Made by a program: the position numbers and the translations under genes
Notes under the pieces: model-generated
The model's database searches: none
The model's input: the letters and a program-made list of their open reading frames with translations, nothing else
What the model was told of the DNA's origin: nothing
Shown: in pieces, positions 8,906 through 18,751 of the stretch
Position numbering within the stretch: position 1 is the stretch's first letter
Layout of the letters: each line of letters begins with the position of its first letter
IMG/VR virus record: IMGVR_UViG_3300030328_004676
Coordinates: 1 to 58,811 of that record
From: a virus
Lineage: Duplodnaviria > Caudoviricetes
Length of the DNA stretch: 58,811 bases
Direction: 5' to 3' (one strand)

Positions 8906-9920
8906 AGGAAAAAGCGGGACATCCATCATATTTAACTTTTTCGATCTTTAAGTCTTTAGTTTCCTTGTTTTTGAGGTCTTTTTTAAGATCTGCTGATGCA
9001 ATCCTCACTCCTTCTTTATTTACTAACGTATAAAATTCTCTTGGGAACTTAAACGGGCAATGCCACATGGGTGTGCCGTCTTTTTTAAGTTGGCCAGCAT
9101 AATCTGCTCTGCCACAAACAACTCTACCAGCAAATCCATCGTCTCTTCCTAAGTAACCCTTATCATAAGCTAAATTTTTAGAAGCTGAAACTTCATTAAA
9201 ATTATTTATAATTTGCTGAACTTCTGTTAGAAAATACTCAAACCCTTCTAGTTCATCGTCTTCTAGGGGTTCCATAGTGCAGTTGCCATCATTATTGCAA
9301 TCAAACTTTAAAAACAAAAACTCCATCTGTCGTTTTAAGAATTCTGGGTATAGATGTTTTACAGCCAAGCAATACATCAAGTTTTGCATATTATCTGTGT
9401 AGTCTTTTCCTGAAAAAATTTGCTTAGATGTTTTAAAGTCTCTAATAATTGCTTGTTTTTTTCTTTTAAATAGGAATAGCTTATCAATAAATCCTAGTAT
9501 TCTGTAATTTTTACCCCCCTCTGACACAGATATATCAAAATCCTTTTCACTTATTGACTCTGTAGGTTTTCCATCTTTATCTCCAAAGAAGTCAAAATTT
9601 AAACCCTCTACAGTCATTTGATTAATGAGATCCATATTCTCAAAATCATCTATGCCGTGCTTCTTCGCATAAGCCTCTATCATTCTTTTGACAGGTGGAG
9701 AAGCGTATGCGTTTTGTGTTTTTACTATTCTTGTGTAATGCTTCCTATGCTTTGGATTCCCGAGGTTCTCAAACACAGCATGGCAGATTGTCCCGCGTAA
9801 ACTTCCTTCATTTGCCTTGTCTGGCAGTTTTAGATGATATTTGCACCAATATTGCCAAGAACACATCTGAAGTGTTTTTATTCGCGATGCTGAAAGTGGT
9901 TTGTTATCAGAATTCGTCAT
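8880..9920 (-). CDS. PD-(D/E)XK nuclease (RecB/AddB/Cas4-like exonuclease)
   Basis: LSASRIKT..C, GTICHAVFE, E..GFIDKL..IRDFKTSK, Q..Y, C-terminal Cys residues. Confidence 0.8.
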   Translation of the reverse strand: MTNSDNKPLSASRIKTLQMCSWQYWCKYHLKLPDKANEGSLRGTICHAVFENLGNPKHRKHYTRIVKTQNAYASPPVKRMIEAYAKKHGIDDFENMDLINQMTVEGLNFDFFGDKDGKPTESISEKDFDISVSEGGKNYRILGFIDKLFLFKRKKQAIIRDFKTSKQIFSGKDYTDNMQNLMYCLAVKHLYPEFLKRQMEFLFLKFDCNNDGNCTMEPLEDDELEGFEYFLTEVQQIINNFNEVSASKNLAYDKGYLGRDDGFAGRVVCGRADYAGQLKKDGTPMWHCPFKFPREFYTLVNKEGVRIASADLKKDLKNKETKDLKIEKVKYDGCPAFSFDKPMELL

Positions 9921-10953
9921 AGTGAAATGAGTTTTTCTTTATAAGCTTCGAAAAAGAAGAAGAAAAACTTTTGTTTACGCCTCGTTGATTCATATCTTTA
10001 GCAATCTTTATTACTTCAGACATGGATTTTTGATGTTGTATATTATAGCAATTCGAAGCATATTTTTCTATTTGATCTTCGCTCATTTCGCCAAAGTCAT
10101 TCTCTTCAGGGGGGATAAAATATACTTTGTCAAAATCAATTGACTCAACCAATTTAAAAATAGATTTAATTGCTCCTTCAAAGCCTCTATTGACAGAAGA
10201 TGTGTGGTCGTTATTGAAGGATACAAAAACTTTTTTTACAGGCAATAAAGATAGCCTTGCTATAAATTTTGGAGAGATGTTCAAGCCAAAGGAAACAAGA
10301 ACATTTTTTATACCATTGTTATATAGAGATAAACAATCTCCTACAGATTCCACAATATGAACCGCTTCCTTTTCTTCTATGGCTTTTTGAACCTTATCAA
10401 TATTGTAATATGGGAAAAACCAACCTGATGATTTACCCATGTGTAGCCACTTTGGTCTGTCATCGCTAGTCACCTTTCTGCCAGAAAACCCATGTATTCT
10501 GCCATCTTTCCTAAAAATTGGAAATATCACCCTTTGATACATTTTTCCAGACATGGCCAAGCCACACTTAAAGTCCTCAAGGGTTTCCTTACTAATTCCT
10601 TTCTCTAGGTAAAAATCGTGATGTGGCAAAAGCTTTGTTAGGACTTTAGGAGAATATGTCTTCTCTTCTTTCAATAGGCGTTTTTGTTTTATTCTTGCTC
10701 CTATATTTACACCATTATCCTTTAAATAATGCTTTACTGCATTAGGGTCTTTTGTGTTTAAAGTCTTTTGGAGCAGAGCCTCGAAAGGCATGAACTGAGA
10801 GTCTTCCACATAGTCTTTCCATACTCCAGTATCCTTGTAGATTTGAAGGGCTGTAGAGTTGTCGCCCGACCTGTATACTGCATTTGTTCTCCAGTATGAT
10901 CCGTGATCCTTGAGTCGATACCCAAGGTTCTCCAAAACTTCTTTGTAATTCAT
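9907..10953 (-). CDS. DNA primase (DnaG-like, Toprim)
   Basis: RVIFPI..GRIHGFSGR..PKW, HIVESVGD, NDFGEM; adjacent to helicase. Confidence 0.8.
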   Translation of the reverse strand: MNYKEVLENLGYRLKDHGSYWRTNAVYRSGDNSTALQIYKDTGVWKDYVEDSQFMPFEALLQKTLNTKDPNAVKHYLKDNGVNIGARIKQKRLLKEEKTYSPKVLTKLLPHHDFYLEKGISKETLEDFKCGLAMSGKMYQRVIFPIFRKDGRIHGFSGRKVTSDDRPKWLHMGKSSGWFFPYYNIDKVQKAIEEKEAVHIVESVGDCLSLYNNGIKNVLVSFGLNISPKFIARLSLLPVKKVFVSFNNDHTSSVNRGFEGAIKSIFKLVESIDFDKVYFIPPEENDFGEMSEDQIEKYASNCYNIQHQKSMSEVIKIAKDMNQRGVNKSFSSSFSKLIKKNSFHYDEF

Positions 10954-12491
10954 TAAGCTCTAAGATTCATCGGAATCTCTTCAGATTCGTTGGTGTTGAC
11001 CTCAACCCCTCCTCCATTGAAAGCGTTTACAATATCTTGCAAATCTCCACACTCAGTAATCCTAAAGTTTTCTATATTTAAATTAATAAAATTCTGTTTT
11101 TTAGCGCCATCTGGCATCTCCACTGGATGTATTGCCCTAAGAGCATCTTTGCCAAGGTGTCTGCATTTTAGATTAATTAGCTTGTGAGTGCCGAAGTTTG
11201 CTCCTTCTTCGTGTATCTCGTCTGCTACTTTTCTTCTAAGTAGGAAAAGGTGCGAACAAAACTGAGTAATGCCGTCAGACAATGACACGACACTTTCATC
11301 ATCAACTATCCCACCTGCTCCTCTGTTGTTGGTGATACCCAACCTGTTAGATTGGACAGAAGTAAGCATTGAAACACACGGCTTTCCGTCAAAAGATAAG
11401 TCTCTCTGGATGGTTTGCTTAAATTTATGAACCATATAAGAAACCTGTTGCCAGCCATCTACCTTTCCAATGCTGCCAAAGTCACTCTTGATGTAGTCAA
11501 AGCTAAAAATCAGAGGATTACCTCTTCCTATCTTAGAGAAGTAAAACCTTTTAAGAAGAGAACACATTTCATCTGGAGATAATCCAGCAACATTCTCATA
11601 GTAAAACTCCATGTCTTTGATTTTACTCCAAGCTGATCTTACTTTGGCTACAACCTGATCTACTGTTAAGTCTTGATAGCCTGTAGTCCTCCATTTGCCT
11701 GTCTGTAAAAGCCATACGGGGATACCTGTCATTGCAGAACACTGTCTAAAGATAAGCTCTTCCTCACTCATCTCTCCGTTGTCGAAGTGAAGCACGGGAA
11801 CGTCATGCTCGGCAGAAACTCTTGTAGAATAATCCATACAAAAGTTTGTTTTCCCGACTCCAGATCTAGCCACAATAACAGATATGTTACCTGCAAGAAG
11901 CAAAGATCCATACATCTCATTAATTCTTTGGTGAGGGCCAAGCATTCCAAAGTCCTCTACAGGGTTGTTCCCCCTGTCTTCGACAAGCTCTTCCATCATG
12001 TCAAACAAATTGACTGGACCAGCTTCTGTCATCTCAAAATCTTTTATGTTTTTATTATATAGTTGATCAGACTGTTCAATAAGTTCTCCATACTTAAGAT
12101 TAGGATCTGCATTCTTAACAAATGATGCCACCTTCTTGCAGCTAGTGTAGATTTCTCTACGGGCTGTATACTTTTTTAACTCTTTGACAGAGCTTAAGAA
12201 AATGTTTTCTGTGATTTTGTAGAAAGCTAATGAGTATACATACTCAGCAATATCAACGCTATCAGGGAAAGAAACTTTTAATTGTTGTATTCTCTGAACA
12301 AGTATTGTCTCATCAATATTTTCTGCGTTGTCTAACGCATTTTTTAATAATTTAAATATTGATACGTTTACCTTAGAATCCTCTGAATAAAAGTCACTCT
12401 CATTAACAAAGCTAGATATCTCCTCCCATTTATGTTGGTGTTGGATAATGCCGCTTAAGACTTTCTTTTCTAGATCAAAGGAATAAATCAT
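10953..12491 (-). CDS. dnaB: Replicative DNA helicase
   Basis: EKKVLSGII N-domain, ARSGVGKT Walker A, GEMSEEE, FDYIK, QSNR, KCRHLG. Confidence 0.88.
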   Translation of the reverse strand: MIYSFDLEKKVLSGIIQHQHKWEEISSFVNESDFYSEDSKVNVSIFKLLKNALDNAENIDETILVQRIQQLKVSFPDSVDIAEYVYSLAFYKITENIFLSSVKELKKYTARREIYTSCKKVASFVKNADPNLKYGELIEQSDQLYNKNIKDFEMTEAGPVNLFDMMEELVEDRGNNPVEDFGMLGPHQRINEMYGSLLLAGNISVIVARSGVGKTNFCMDYSTRVSAEHDVPVLHFDNGEMSEEELIFRQCSAMTGIPVWLLQTGKWRTTGYQDLTVDQVVAKVRSAWSKIKDMEFYYENVAGLSPDEMCSLLKRFYFSKIGRGNPLIFSFDYIKSDFGSIGKVDGWQQVSYMVHKFKQTIQRDLSFDGKPCVSMLTSVQSNRLGITNNRGAGGIVDDESVVSLSDGITQFCSHLFLLRRKVADEIHEEGANFGTHKLINLKCRHLGKDALRAIHPVEMPDGAKKQNFINLNIENFRITECGDLQDIVNAFNGGGVEVNTNESEEIPMNLRA

Positions 12492-12721
12492 ATGGTGATA
12501 TCATCATCTTTTTTTGACATCGCCATTTCTATCAGTTTCCCAAGTGCCATGTCAACTGTGGGATTCTCTGTTTTACTTGTCATACTAGGACAACCTTCTT
12601 TATTGACATAAAGTAAAATAAATCCTCTATTGCCTCCAGTAACAGACCCCGTAGAGTCATAGACCTTATCTAGCAATGATTGTGGAATTCCTCCACTGCT
12701 TTCTTCTTCTTCTAATTTCAT
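12488..12721 (-). CDS. Hypothetical protein
   Basis: 77-aa ORF with ATGA overlaps on both sides. Confidence 0.65.
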   Translation of the reverse strand: MKLEEEESSGGIPQSLLDKVYDSTGSVTGGNRGFILLYVNKEGCPSMTSKTENPTVDMALGKLIEMAMSKKDDDITI

Positions 12722-13134
12722 TTTAAAAGCTTAATTAAGTTCGCAGGGTATTTGTTTGAATCTAAAACATCAGACTCTAATACCCTAATTAGTTTTATAT
12801 TGTTAATGTCGCAAAAATATTCTTTCTTTTCATCTCTCTGTAGTTGTTGTAGAAACTTCTGACGAGAATTGGAATGAAAAAACTGATTATATCTATAATG
12901 CTGATTACCGTCTACTTCAATAGCTATCTTTTGAGTCGCATTGTAAAGATCTAAAGTCATTCTAGTCCCAGCGACAGGAAACTCTTCAAATACCACATCT
13001 GCAAACCAATACGCTTTAACGTGATCTTTTACGTCTTTTTGTATTCCGCTTCTACAGTCAGAGTCCCAGTCAATAAGATATTTACTGACATTCTTTATTT
13101 TTTTCTCTCGGCCATTTGAGCATAAAAATATCAT
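12718..13134 (-). CDS. DUF559/Vsr-like endonuclease
   Basis: EEFPV..LDLY..IAIEVDGNQHY..QRDEKK..C..NIKLIRV. Confidence 0.75.
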   Translation of the reverse strand: MIFLCSNGREKKIKNVSKYLIDWDSDCRSGIQKDVKDHVKAYWFADVVFEEFPVAGTRMTLDLYNATQKIAIEVDGNQHYRYNQFFHSNSRQKFLQQLQRDEKKEYFCDINNIKLIRVLESDVLDSNKYPANLIKLLK

Positions 13135-14255
13135 TGTTTGAGAATGTTCTCTTTTACAAAATCGACTAATAGTGAGGTAATTTTTTCATCCGACTCTAGA
13201 AACTCATAAACTGATTTAATCCCTTGATAAGAATCTTTCGTTTCAATCTTGTTTTCGGTTAGATAACTTTTTACCTTATCATCAAGTTTAATCCAAGCTC
13301 CTGATTTCTCTAAATAACCCCACATCAAAAGCATGTCAACAACTTCCCTCTCAAGCCAAATGGATTTACCGTTGCTCCGACCATGCTTGATTGGATAAGC
13401 TACAATTTGCCCTGTTGCTTCGTTTGTTGATTTTAGAATTAAAACCTTGGCGTTGTGACCATAGATTTTATTATCAGGAGTAATTTGTTCTGTTGGTTTT
13501 TCTAGAATTTTATCACTCTTATTTTGTTTTTTGAATTCTAGAATCCAATCTGGGTAGTGTAAAATAGCGTTTCCTCCACTGCTGTTTGTCTGGTTGTTTG
13601 GGTCTTGCTTGGCATACATGCTTGTAGAGATAGTCGATCTCACCTGAGAGATCATAATACACATATGTCCGAACTTGCTCATTCCCAAGCTGACTCTTTT
13701 TAAGAAGTCAGAAGTCATTAAGGCTCCTCCCGCTACTTTTCTAGCATCAGAAGAGCCTTTTTCTAAGTCTTCTTTTGTAATTAAACCGTCCATACTGTCG
13801 ATTACAATACAGAATTTTTCTTTGTCTGGGTTATTTTTAAGTAAGCCTCTCAAAAAATCAATCATGGTGTCCATAATGTGGCACTCAAGAACAAGGCATG
13901 TCCCCACATCCCAATCTTCTGCCGAATGAACAAACTTAATCCCCGCTCTATCTTTAATATCTTGGCTTAATCTACCTTCAGCCATCACAAAAAGACCCTT
14001 AGAGTTTTCTACCGTCTTGAGCATGTTGTGCATCACATGCAGAGCTTCATTTGTTTTACCCCCTTCATTTGCTCCAATAAATCTATGTAGACCCGATCCA
14101 AATCCTCCGCTCAAAACGTGATCAAGAATCATAGACCCACTGGACACTAGATATGGTTCTGCTCCTTCCTCTAAGTTGTAGTGGTAGTCTTTGTTTGATT
14201 TGAGGAATGCCTCTGTATAATCCTTCGATCCGCTTTTCTTCTTCATTTTAGTCAT
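13131..14255 (-). CDS. recA: RecA/UvsX-like recombinase
   Basis: SSGSMILDHVLSGG, GANEGGKT, VIDSMDGL, ISQVR, SGGNAILHY, KSGAW. Confidence 0.85.
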   Translation of the reverse strand: MTKMKKKSGSKDYTEAFLKSNKDYHYNLEEGAEPYLVSSGSMILDHVLSGGFGSGLHRFIGANEGGKTNEALHVMHNMLKTVENSKGLFVMAEGRLSQDIKDRAGIKFVHSAEDWDVGTCLVLECHIMDTMIDFLRGLLKNNPDKEKFCIVIDSMDGLITKEDLEKGSSDARKVAGGALMTSDFLKRVSLGMSKFGHMCIMISQVRSTISTSMYAKQDPNNQTNSSGGNAILHYPDWILEFKKQNKSDKILEKPTEQITPDNKIYGHNAKVLILKSTNEATGQIVAYPIKHGRSNGKSIWLEREVVDMLLMWGYLEKSGAWIKLDDKVKSYLTENKIETKDSYQGIKSVYEFLESDEKITSLLVDFVKENILKQ

Positions 14256-14691
14256 TTAAAAAATCTCTTAGTGTTCTAGTCTTTTTCTTTACAGTATCTT
14301 CTCCAACTTTTACGCCCGTGTCAACAAATTTATCCTTCTCTGGGAGCTTGTAGTTAAATTCCTTATATTTTTTGCTTAAATATTCTCTTCCATCTTTTGT
14401 TAAAAAATATTTAATACTGCCTTTTAATTCAAAAGGCGGTTTAACCTTGGATAGAAAGTCGAGATCGTTTTCAAACTGTGAAAAAATCTTTGTCACAGTA
14501 GACATTTCAAAAACGTAATTTATTGGCTTTGAGCCGCCAAGCATACGCTTTAAGAATTCTTTTCTTTCTTTAAAGAAGGGCTTTGCTTGTTTTTTAGCTT
14601 TTGGCAAAAATTCATGACCGCAACCGCAAACCTTAATCCGTGCTCCGAGTAGGGCATTGCAGGATGGACATGACTTTTTACCTCTTGGCAT
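14248..14691 (-). CDS. Zinc-ribbon basic hypothetical protein
   Basis: N-terminal CPSC..CGCGHEF. Confidence 0.65.
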   Translation of the reverse strand: MPRGKKSCPSCNALLGARIKVCGCGHEFLPKAKKQAKPFFKERKEFLKRMLGGSKPINYVFEMSTVTKIFSQFENDLDFLSKVKPPFELKGSIKYFLTKDGREYLSKKYKEFNYKLPEKDKFVDTGVKVGEDTVKKKTRTLRDFLND

Positions 14692-14697
14692 AAAGCC

Positions 14698-14725
14698 AGT
14701 ATAACGGCATGTGGACTTAAGTCAA
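14698..14725 (-). promoter_or_regulatory. sigma70-type promoter, leaderless, for the replication operon
   Basis: TTGACT-16nt-TATACT-6nt-ATG(14691). Confidence 0.65.
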
Positions 14726-15778
14726 TAGCTCAATGTCATGTTTTACCATTTTATTAACTAACTGAATAAAATTTGTTTTGGGTTTCCAGCCAAGCTCTGT
14801 TCTGGCTCTCTCTGAATCGCCCCAAAGTAAATCAACTTCTGCGGGGCGGTAGAATTTAGGATCAACTTCCATCAGTAAATCATCACCGTGATAATATTTT
14901 ACTTCTTCGCCATGACCCTCCCACCTGCAAATGTTTCTATGAAAACCAGCAAAATTAAAAGCTTCTTCAACAAACTCTTTTATAGTGTGTGTTTCGTTTG
15001 AAGATAAAACATACTCGTCTGGTTTGTTTTTCCAAACGTGCGTCCAGTGTTCTTCTTGATTTAGCATTTTCCAAATGCCGTCTACAAAATCTTCTGCGTC
15101 ACTCCAATCTCTTTTAGAATCTACATTGCCTAATCTTAAAGGTTCAAAGTTTTCTTTTCGAGCAAATTCATCAGCAATGCGAGCTACATTTTGAGTAATC
15201 TTTCTGGTGACAAATTCTACCCCTCTTCTGGTTCCTTCGTGATTAAATAGCCATCCTTGAACAGCATACAAGTTGTAAGAATCTCTATATACCTTAACCA
15301 AGTGTCTTGCAGCACATTTAGAAGCTCCGTATGGGCTTCTAGGACGCAGTGGATGTTCTTCTGATTGAGGTTCTGTAATAACGTCCCCAAACTCCTCAGA
15401 GCTACCTGCATTGTAATATCTGCAATCTGGAACGTGTTTTCTTATAGCCTCTAGCTGATGAAGAACCGCCATACAATTAGTTTGCATGTGATTAACTGGC
15501 ATTTGCCAACTTGTGCCTACAAATGAATTAGCAGCAAAATTTATAAAGTAATCAGGCTTGTGCTCAGAGATAACTCTATCAATGTTTTCAGCGTCAGTGA
15601 CATCTAAATCAATTAAAAAGAATCTTGGGTTATCTAAGAGGTGTTCTATGTTTTCATGATTTTTAACACTAAGTCTCCTTACCCCGCCTATGACTGTATG
15701 TTCAGTATTGTTGATTAAGTAGTCCACCATGTGACTACCGTCTTGACCTGTTACTCCTGTTATAATTACTTTCTTCAT
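14717..15778 (-). CDS. gmd: GDP-mannose 4,6-dehydratase
   Basis: ITGVTGQDGS, PRSPYGASK, LFNHE, FVTRKIT, GNVDSKRDW, RPAEVDLLWGD. Confidence 0.93.
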   Translation of the reverse strand: MKKVIITGVTGQDGSHMVDYLINNTEHTVIGGVRRLSVKNHENIEHLLDNPRFFLIDLDVTDAENIDRVISEHKPDYFINFAANSFVGTSWQMPVNHMQTNCMAVLHQLEAIRKHVPDCRYYNAGSSEEFGDVITEPQSEEHPLRPRSPYGASKCAARHLVKVYRDSYNLYAVQGWLFNHEGTRRGVEFVTRKITQNVARIADEFARKENFEPLRLGNVDSKRDWSDAEDFVDGIWKMLNQEEHWTHVWKNKPDEYVLSSNETHTIKEFVEEAFNFAGFHRNICRWEGHGEEVKYYHGDDLLMEVDPKFYRPAEVDLLWGDSERARTELGWKPKTNFIQLVNKMVKHDIELLT

Positions 15779-16434
15779 TAAGTATTTTTTTTATATAAAA
15801 ATTCTGCAAATTCAAACTCTAGCTCTGTATCAATATCAAAAGCTTCTTCTTCTCCTAGTTTAATAAAAAATGGTCTTTCGCCGATTGCGTTTCTATTTTT
15901 AATCATAGTTTCTTTACTAAGTATCGAAACGCCGTAGTGGACTGCTAAAATTTCTGGCAAATCTTGGCTATTTGGTGCGTTTTTTGGTTCATAGTTAATT
16001 GGTTTGCCATCCAACCATAAATGATTTTTTACATCAAAAGCCGTCATTACGCTGTCGAAGTCTTCTAAATCTTGATAAAGATCAATGCCTTTTTCAATAG
16101 TATCATCTTTTATAAACGGGCATGTAACGGGGGCATACATAATATGCTCTGCTTCTGTAACCTGACCTATATGTTCAAAGTATTCGCTATTGTTTACAAA
16201 TGAGCTACAATAGTAATCATCTCTTTTTTGCGTATGGACACCTAACTGATCAGCAATTGCTAACATTTCCTCGCAATCAGAATTCACAATAATCTTATGT
16301 AAATTTTTGATTCTCTTGAGTTGAGAAATTTTAAGATTAAGTAAGTTTGTGTCACCAAACGGTTTAATATTTTTTTTAGGCACTCTTTGAGAGCCTTTTC
16401 TGACGGGGATAACTGCTGTAACCTCTTTATTCAT
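15778..16434 (-). CDS. Acylneuraminate cytidylyltransferase family (NeuA/CMP-sugar synthetase)
   Basis: AVIPVRKGSQRVPKKNIKPF, TCPF, SQDL, DIDTELEF. Confidence 0.85.
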   Translation of the reverse strand: MNKEVTAVIPVRKGSQRVPKKNIKPFGDTNLLNLKISQLKRIKNLHKIIVNSDCEEMLAIADQLGVHTQKRDDYYCSSFVNNSEYFEHIGQVTEAEHIMYAPVTCPFIKDDTIEKGIDLYQDLEDFDSVMTAFDVKNHLWLDGKPINYEPKNAPNSQDLPEILAVHYGVSILSKETMIKNRNAIGERPFFIKLGEEEAFDIDTELEFEFAEFLYKKNT

Positions 16435-16813
16435 TTATTTTAGCAATGGTTTTCTCCCAAGACTTGAATTCTATCGCTTTGTCGTCTATGTAATAACAAG
16501 CTCTAGGTTTTTCACAAGTTATCTCAGAAAAGAATTTTTTTAAATCATACTTCTCTAGCCATTCCTCCACAAGCTGTAACCCAGTTTTTCCATTAACTAA
16601 GGGTCTATCTTTCTTAATCTTCGCAGTGAAGATAATTAAATTATACTTTTCTGACAAAAGCTCTATCGCCTCTCTTGTTCCCTCAATAGGTTCTCCATAG
16701 CAAGTGCCGTCATGATAGCCCTTATCAAAAGTATGTATGACTCCATCGAAATCTATGGCTAAATTATTAGCTTGAGATTCAAGCCCATCGGGAACATGTT
16801 TTATTTCTTGCAT
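16427..16813 (-). CDS. Small HAD-superfamily phosphatase
   Basis: IDFDGVI, IIFTA, KP..YIDDKA. Confidence 0.8.
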   Translation of the reverse strand: MQEIKHVPDGLESQANNLAIDFDGVIHTFDKGYHDGTCYGEPIEGTREAIELLSEKYNLIIFTAKIKKDRPLVNGKTGLQLVEEWLEKYDLKKFFSEITCEKPRACYYIDDKAIEFKSWEKTIAKINE

Positions 16814-17364
16814 TTTTTTAAAATAGAAGGGCAGTCTACTCCATAACCCTTAATTAATTGATAGGTTAGAGCTAGGGAAAGCATTTCGGAAACATGATAA
16901 TATTCCACATTTTGAACAACTTTTATGATATTTGGGTTCCCGCACGGATTATATTGAGCGGAGATCATAGCTGTATCAATACCTTGGTCATCAGCCCAAT
17001 TCAGAGCGTTGACTATGCTGTTTGCGGATTCATTGTTTAGTGAGCAGGAGAAGGCAACCACAAGGCAGTTATTTTTGTTTAAATATTTTGTCCTGATATT
17101 TAACCAATTTTTAATCCAATTGTGGAAATTGTCATCTGCTATAAAGGATGTTGCTACAATTGCACTAGAAGGGCTTATGATGTTTTTGTCTGACAAGCGG
17201 CAAGAATCAACTGCCGCATGATCAGCAACAGCCATATTGCCACCATGTCCTAAAAAGAAAATGTTTTCAGCTTTATTGTAAGAGTTTTGTAGTTTTTCCC
17301 ACTCGGTTGAGTTGATGATTCTATCAAAAGTTTCCTCAAAGTTTTCTAGTTCTAGTTTTCTCAT
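16801..17364 (-). CDS. SIS-domain sugar isomerase (GmhA-like)
   Basis: IFFLGHGGNMAVADHAAVD, VAFSCS, YHVSE. Confidence 0.7.
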   Translation of the reverse strand: MRKLELENFEETFDRIINSTEWEKLQNSYNKAENIFFLGHGGNMAVADHAAVDSCRLSDKNIISPSSAIVATSFIADDNFHNWIKNWLNIRTKYLNKNNCLVVAFSCSLNNESANSIVNALNWADDQGIDTAMISAQYNPCGNPNIIKVVQNVEYYHVSEMLSLALTYQLIKGYGVDCPSILKKCKK

Positions 17365-18104
17365 TTTTTATTTATATTTATTTTAAATAAAAGCATAACC
17401 CCAGATTGATTGGAAAATGTTTCCACTCCACTCCACTCTGTAACTCTAGTGAAATCAGTGGGATTAGTTGGTGGATAATCTTCAAGTTCATCAAAGATTA
17501 TAGGAACATAATCGAGTTTGGATTTAGTCTTTTCCACAAAGTCTTTAGCCCAAGAACAAAAAGAATCAAATTTATCTAGCTGTTGAGGCACTCCAACATA
17601 GATTGTTTTTTTACCAGTAATGTTAGAATAAATGTGCTCAATTATTCTTGGATCAATTTCAAAGGTTATATACAAATAAAACAAATCAAAATGATTTAAT
17701 TTGTCAATATCAAGAATATCATCACATATAACCTCTCTTGGGCAGGAATATTTCCTATTCAAGCTTTTTTCTATGATATCAAAAAATATTTCAATAGACG
17801 TTAAGCTTTTGCAATAACGAGAAAGACCCTCACAGATCTCACCCTTGCGAGACCCAATATGCAAAACATTCTTATTTTTTAAATCATCTTTTATAAAGAA
17901 TGGAGTCATTAAAGGATATCTCCAATTAATATGTTCATCACTTTTAATTTCTTTTTGTAAATTAAAATTGTTAGACTTTTCTGCTAATGCTTTTAGCTTT
18001 TCCTTGAACAAGGACTTAAATTCAGGATAACTTATTTTCTGGCTTTCTAAATCAGGAAACCATTTGAATAGAGGGTGGCTTTTCGGCAATACTATCTCTT
18101 TCAT
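17361..18104 (-). CDS. Putative SAM-dependent methyltransferase-like protein
   Basis: VLHIGSRKG..LTSIEI motif I/II-like. Confidence 0.5.
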   Translation of the reverse strand: MKEIVLPKSHPLFKWFPDLESQKISYPEFKSLFKEKLKALAEKSNNFNLQKEIKSDEHINWRYPLMTPFFIKDDLKNKNVLHIGSRKGEICEGLSRYCKSLTSIEIFFDIIEKSLNRKYSCPREVICDDILDIDKLNHFDLFYLYITFEIDPRIIEHIYSNITGKKTIYVGVPQQLDKFDSFCSWAKDFVEKTKSKLDYVPIIFDELEDYPPTNPTDFTRVTEWSGVETFSNQSGVMLLFKININKK

Positions 18105-18751
18105 TGTTTTATGTCTTTAAATAAATCTTTAAGTCCAACTGGATTTACAGAAATTATTTCTGTCTCAAGGTTGTTGTTTTTTATAAAATTTTTAGCCTCT
18201 TCCCAGCCGACTTTGTAAATATCATATGAAGCATCTCCGCTGTTTATGATTGGTTTTCCATCAAAACACACCTTCTCATTGCAATCACAACCTACTATGT
18301 ATATTGTTTTAACACCTGTATAAAAAAGAAAATTTAAAGCATGAAAAATCACAGAAACTCCGCAAGTGGCGTTTTCAGAAATGTCTAAGTTAAAGCGAGG
18401 CGGCATCATGTTTCTGACTGACATTGGATAAGCCCCAAATGACTCAACTTCTTCTGCTGAGTAATGTAATTCATGAGGAGAACCATCGACTTCACTGGCT
18501 CCAAATTTAGCTATCTTTACATTAAAAGACTTGTCCATACACCTGCCCCTGTCTCCAAAAAAATAATAATCTAATTTTTGGTGATTATCCTTAGACTGGT
18601 CAAATAGTTCAAAATCGCCTACATAATTTACGCCAACATAAATATCTGCGTCAATGTGTTTATACTTATTTAAACTTGCTCCACTTCCAAACAAGACCGC
18701 TTCTTGTCCTTTATGTTTGTTTTTAAATTGTTTAAAAATTGAGTTTATCAT
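18101..18751 (-). CDS. Maf/DUF115-like putative glycosyltransferase
   Basis: FKNKHKGQEAVLFGSGASL, VGVN, GVKTIYIVGCD. Confidence 0.7.
   Translation of the reverse strand: MINSIFKQFKNKHKGQEAVLFGSGASLNKYKHIDADIYVGVNYVGDFELFDQSKDNHQKLDYYFFGDRGRCMDKSFNVKIAKFGASEVDGSPHELHYSAEEVESFGAYPMSVRNMMPPRFNLDISENATCGVSVIFHALNFLFYTGVKTIYIVGCDCNEKVCFDGKPIINSGDASYDIYKVGWEEAKNFIKNNNLETEIISVNPVGLKDLFKDIKQ

Noticed and set aside
8880-9920. Cas4/CRISPR system
   Set aside because: No repeat-spacer array or other cas genes; the nuclease sits in a replication operon
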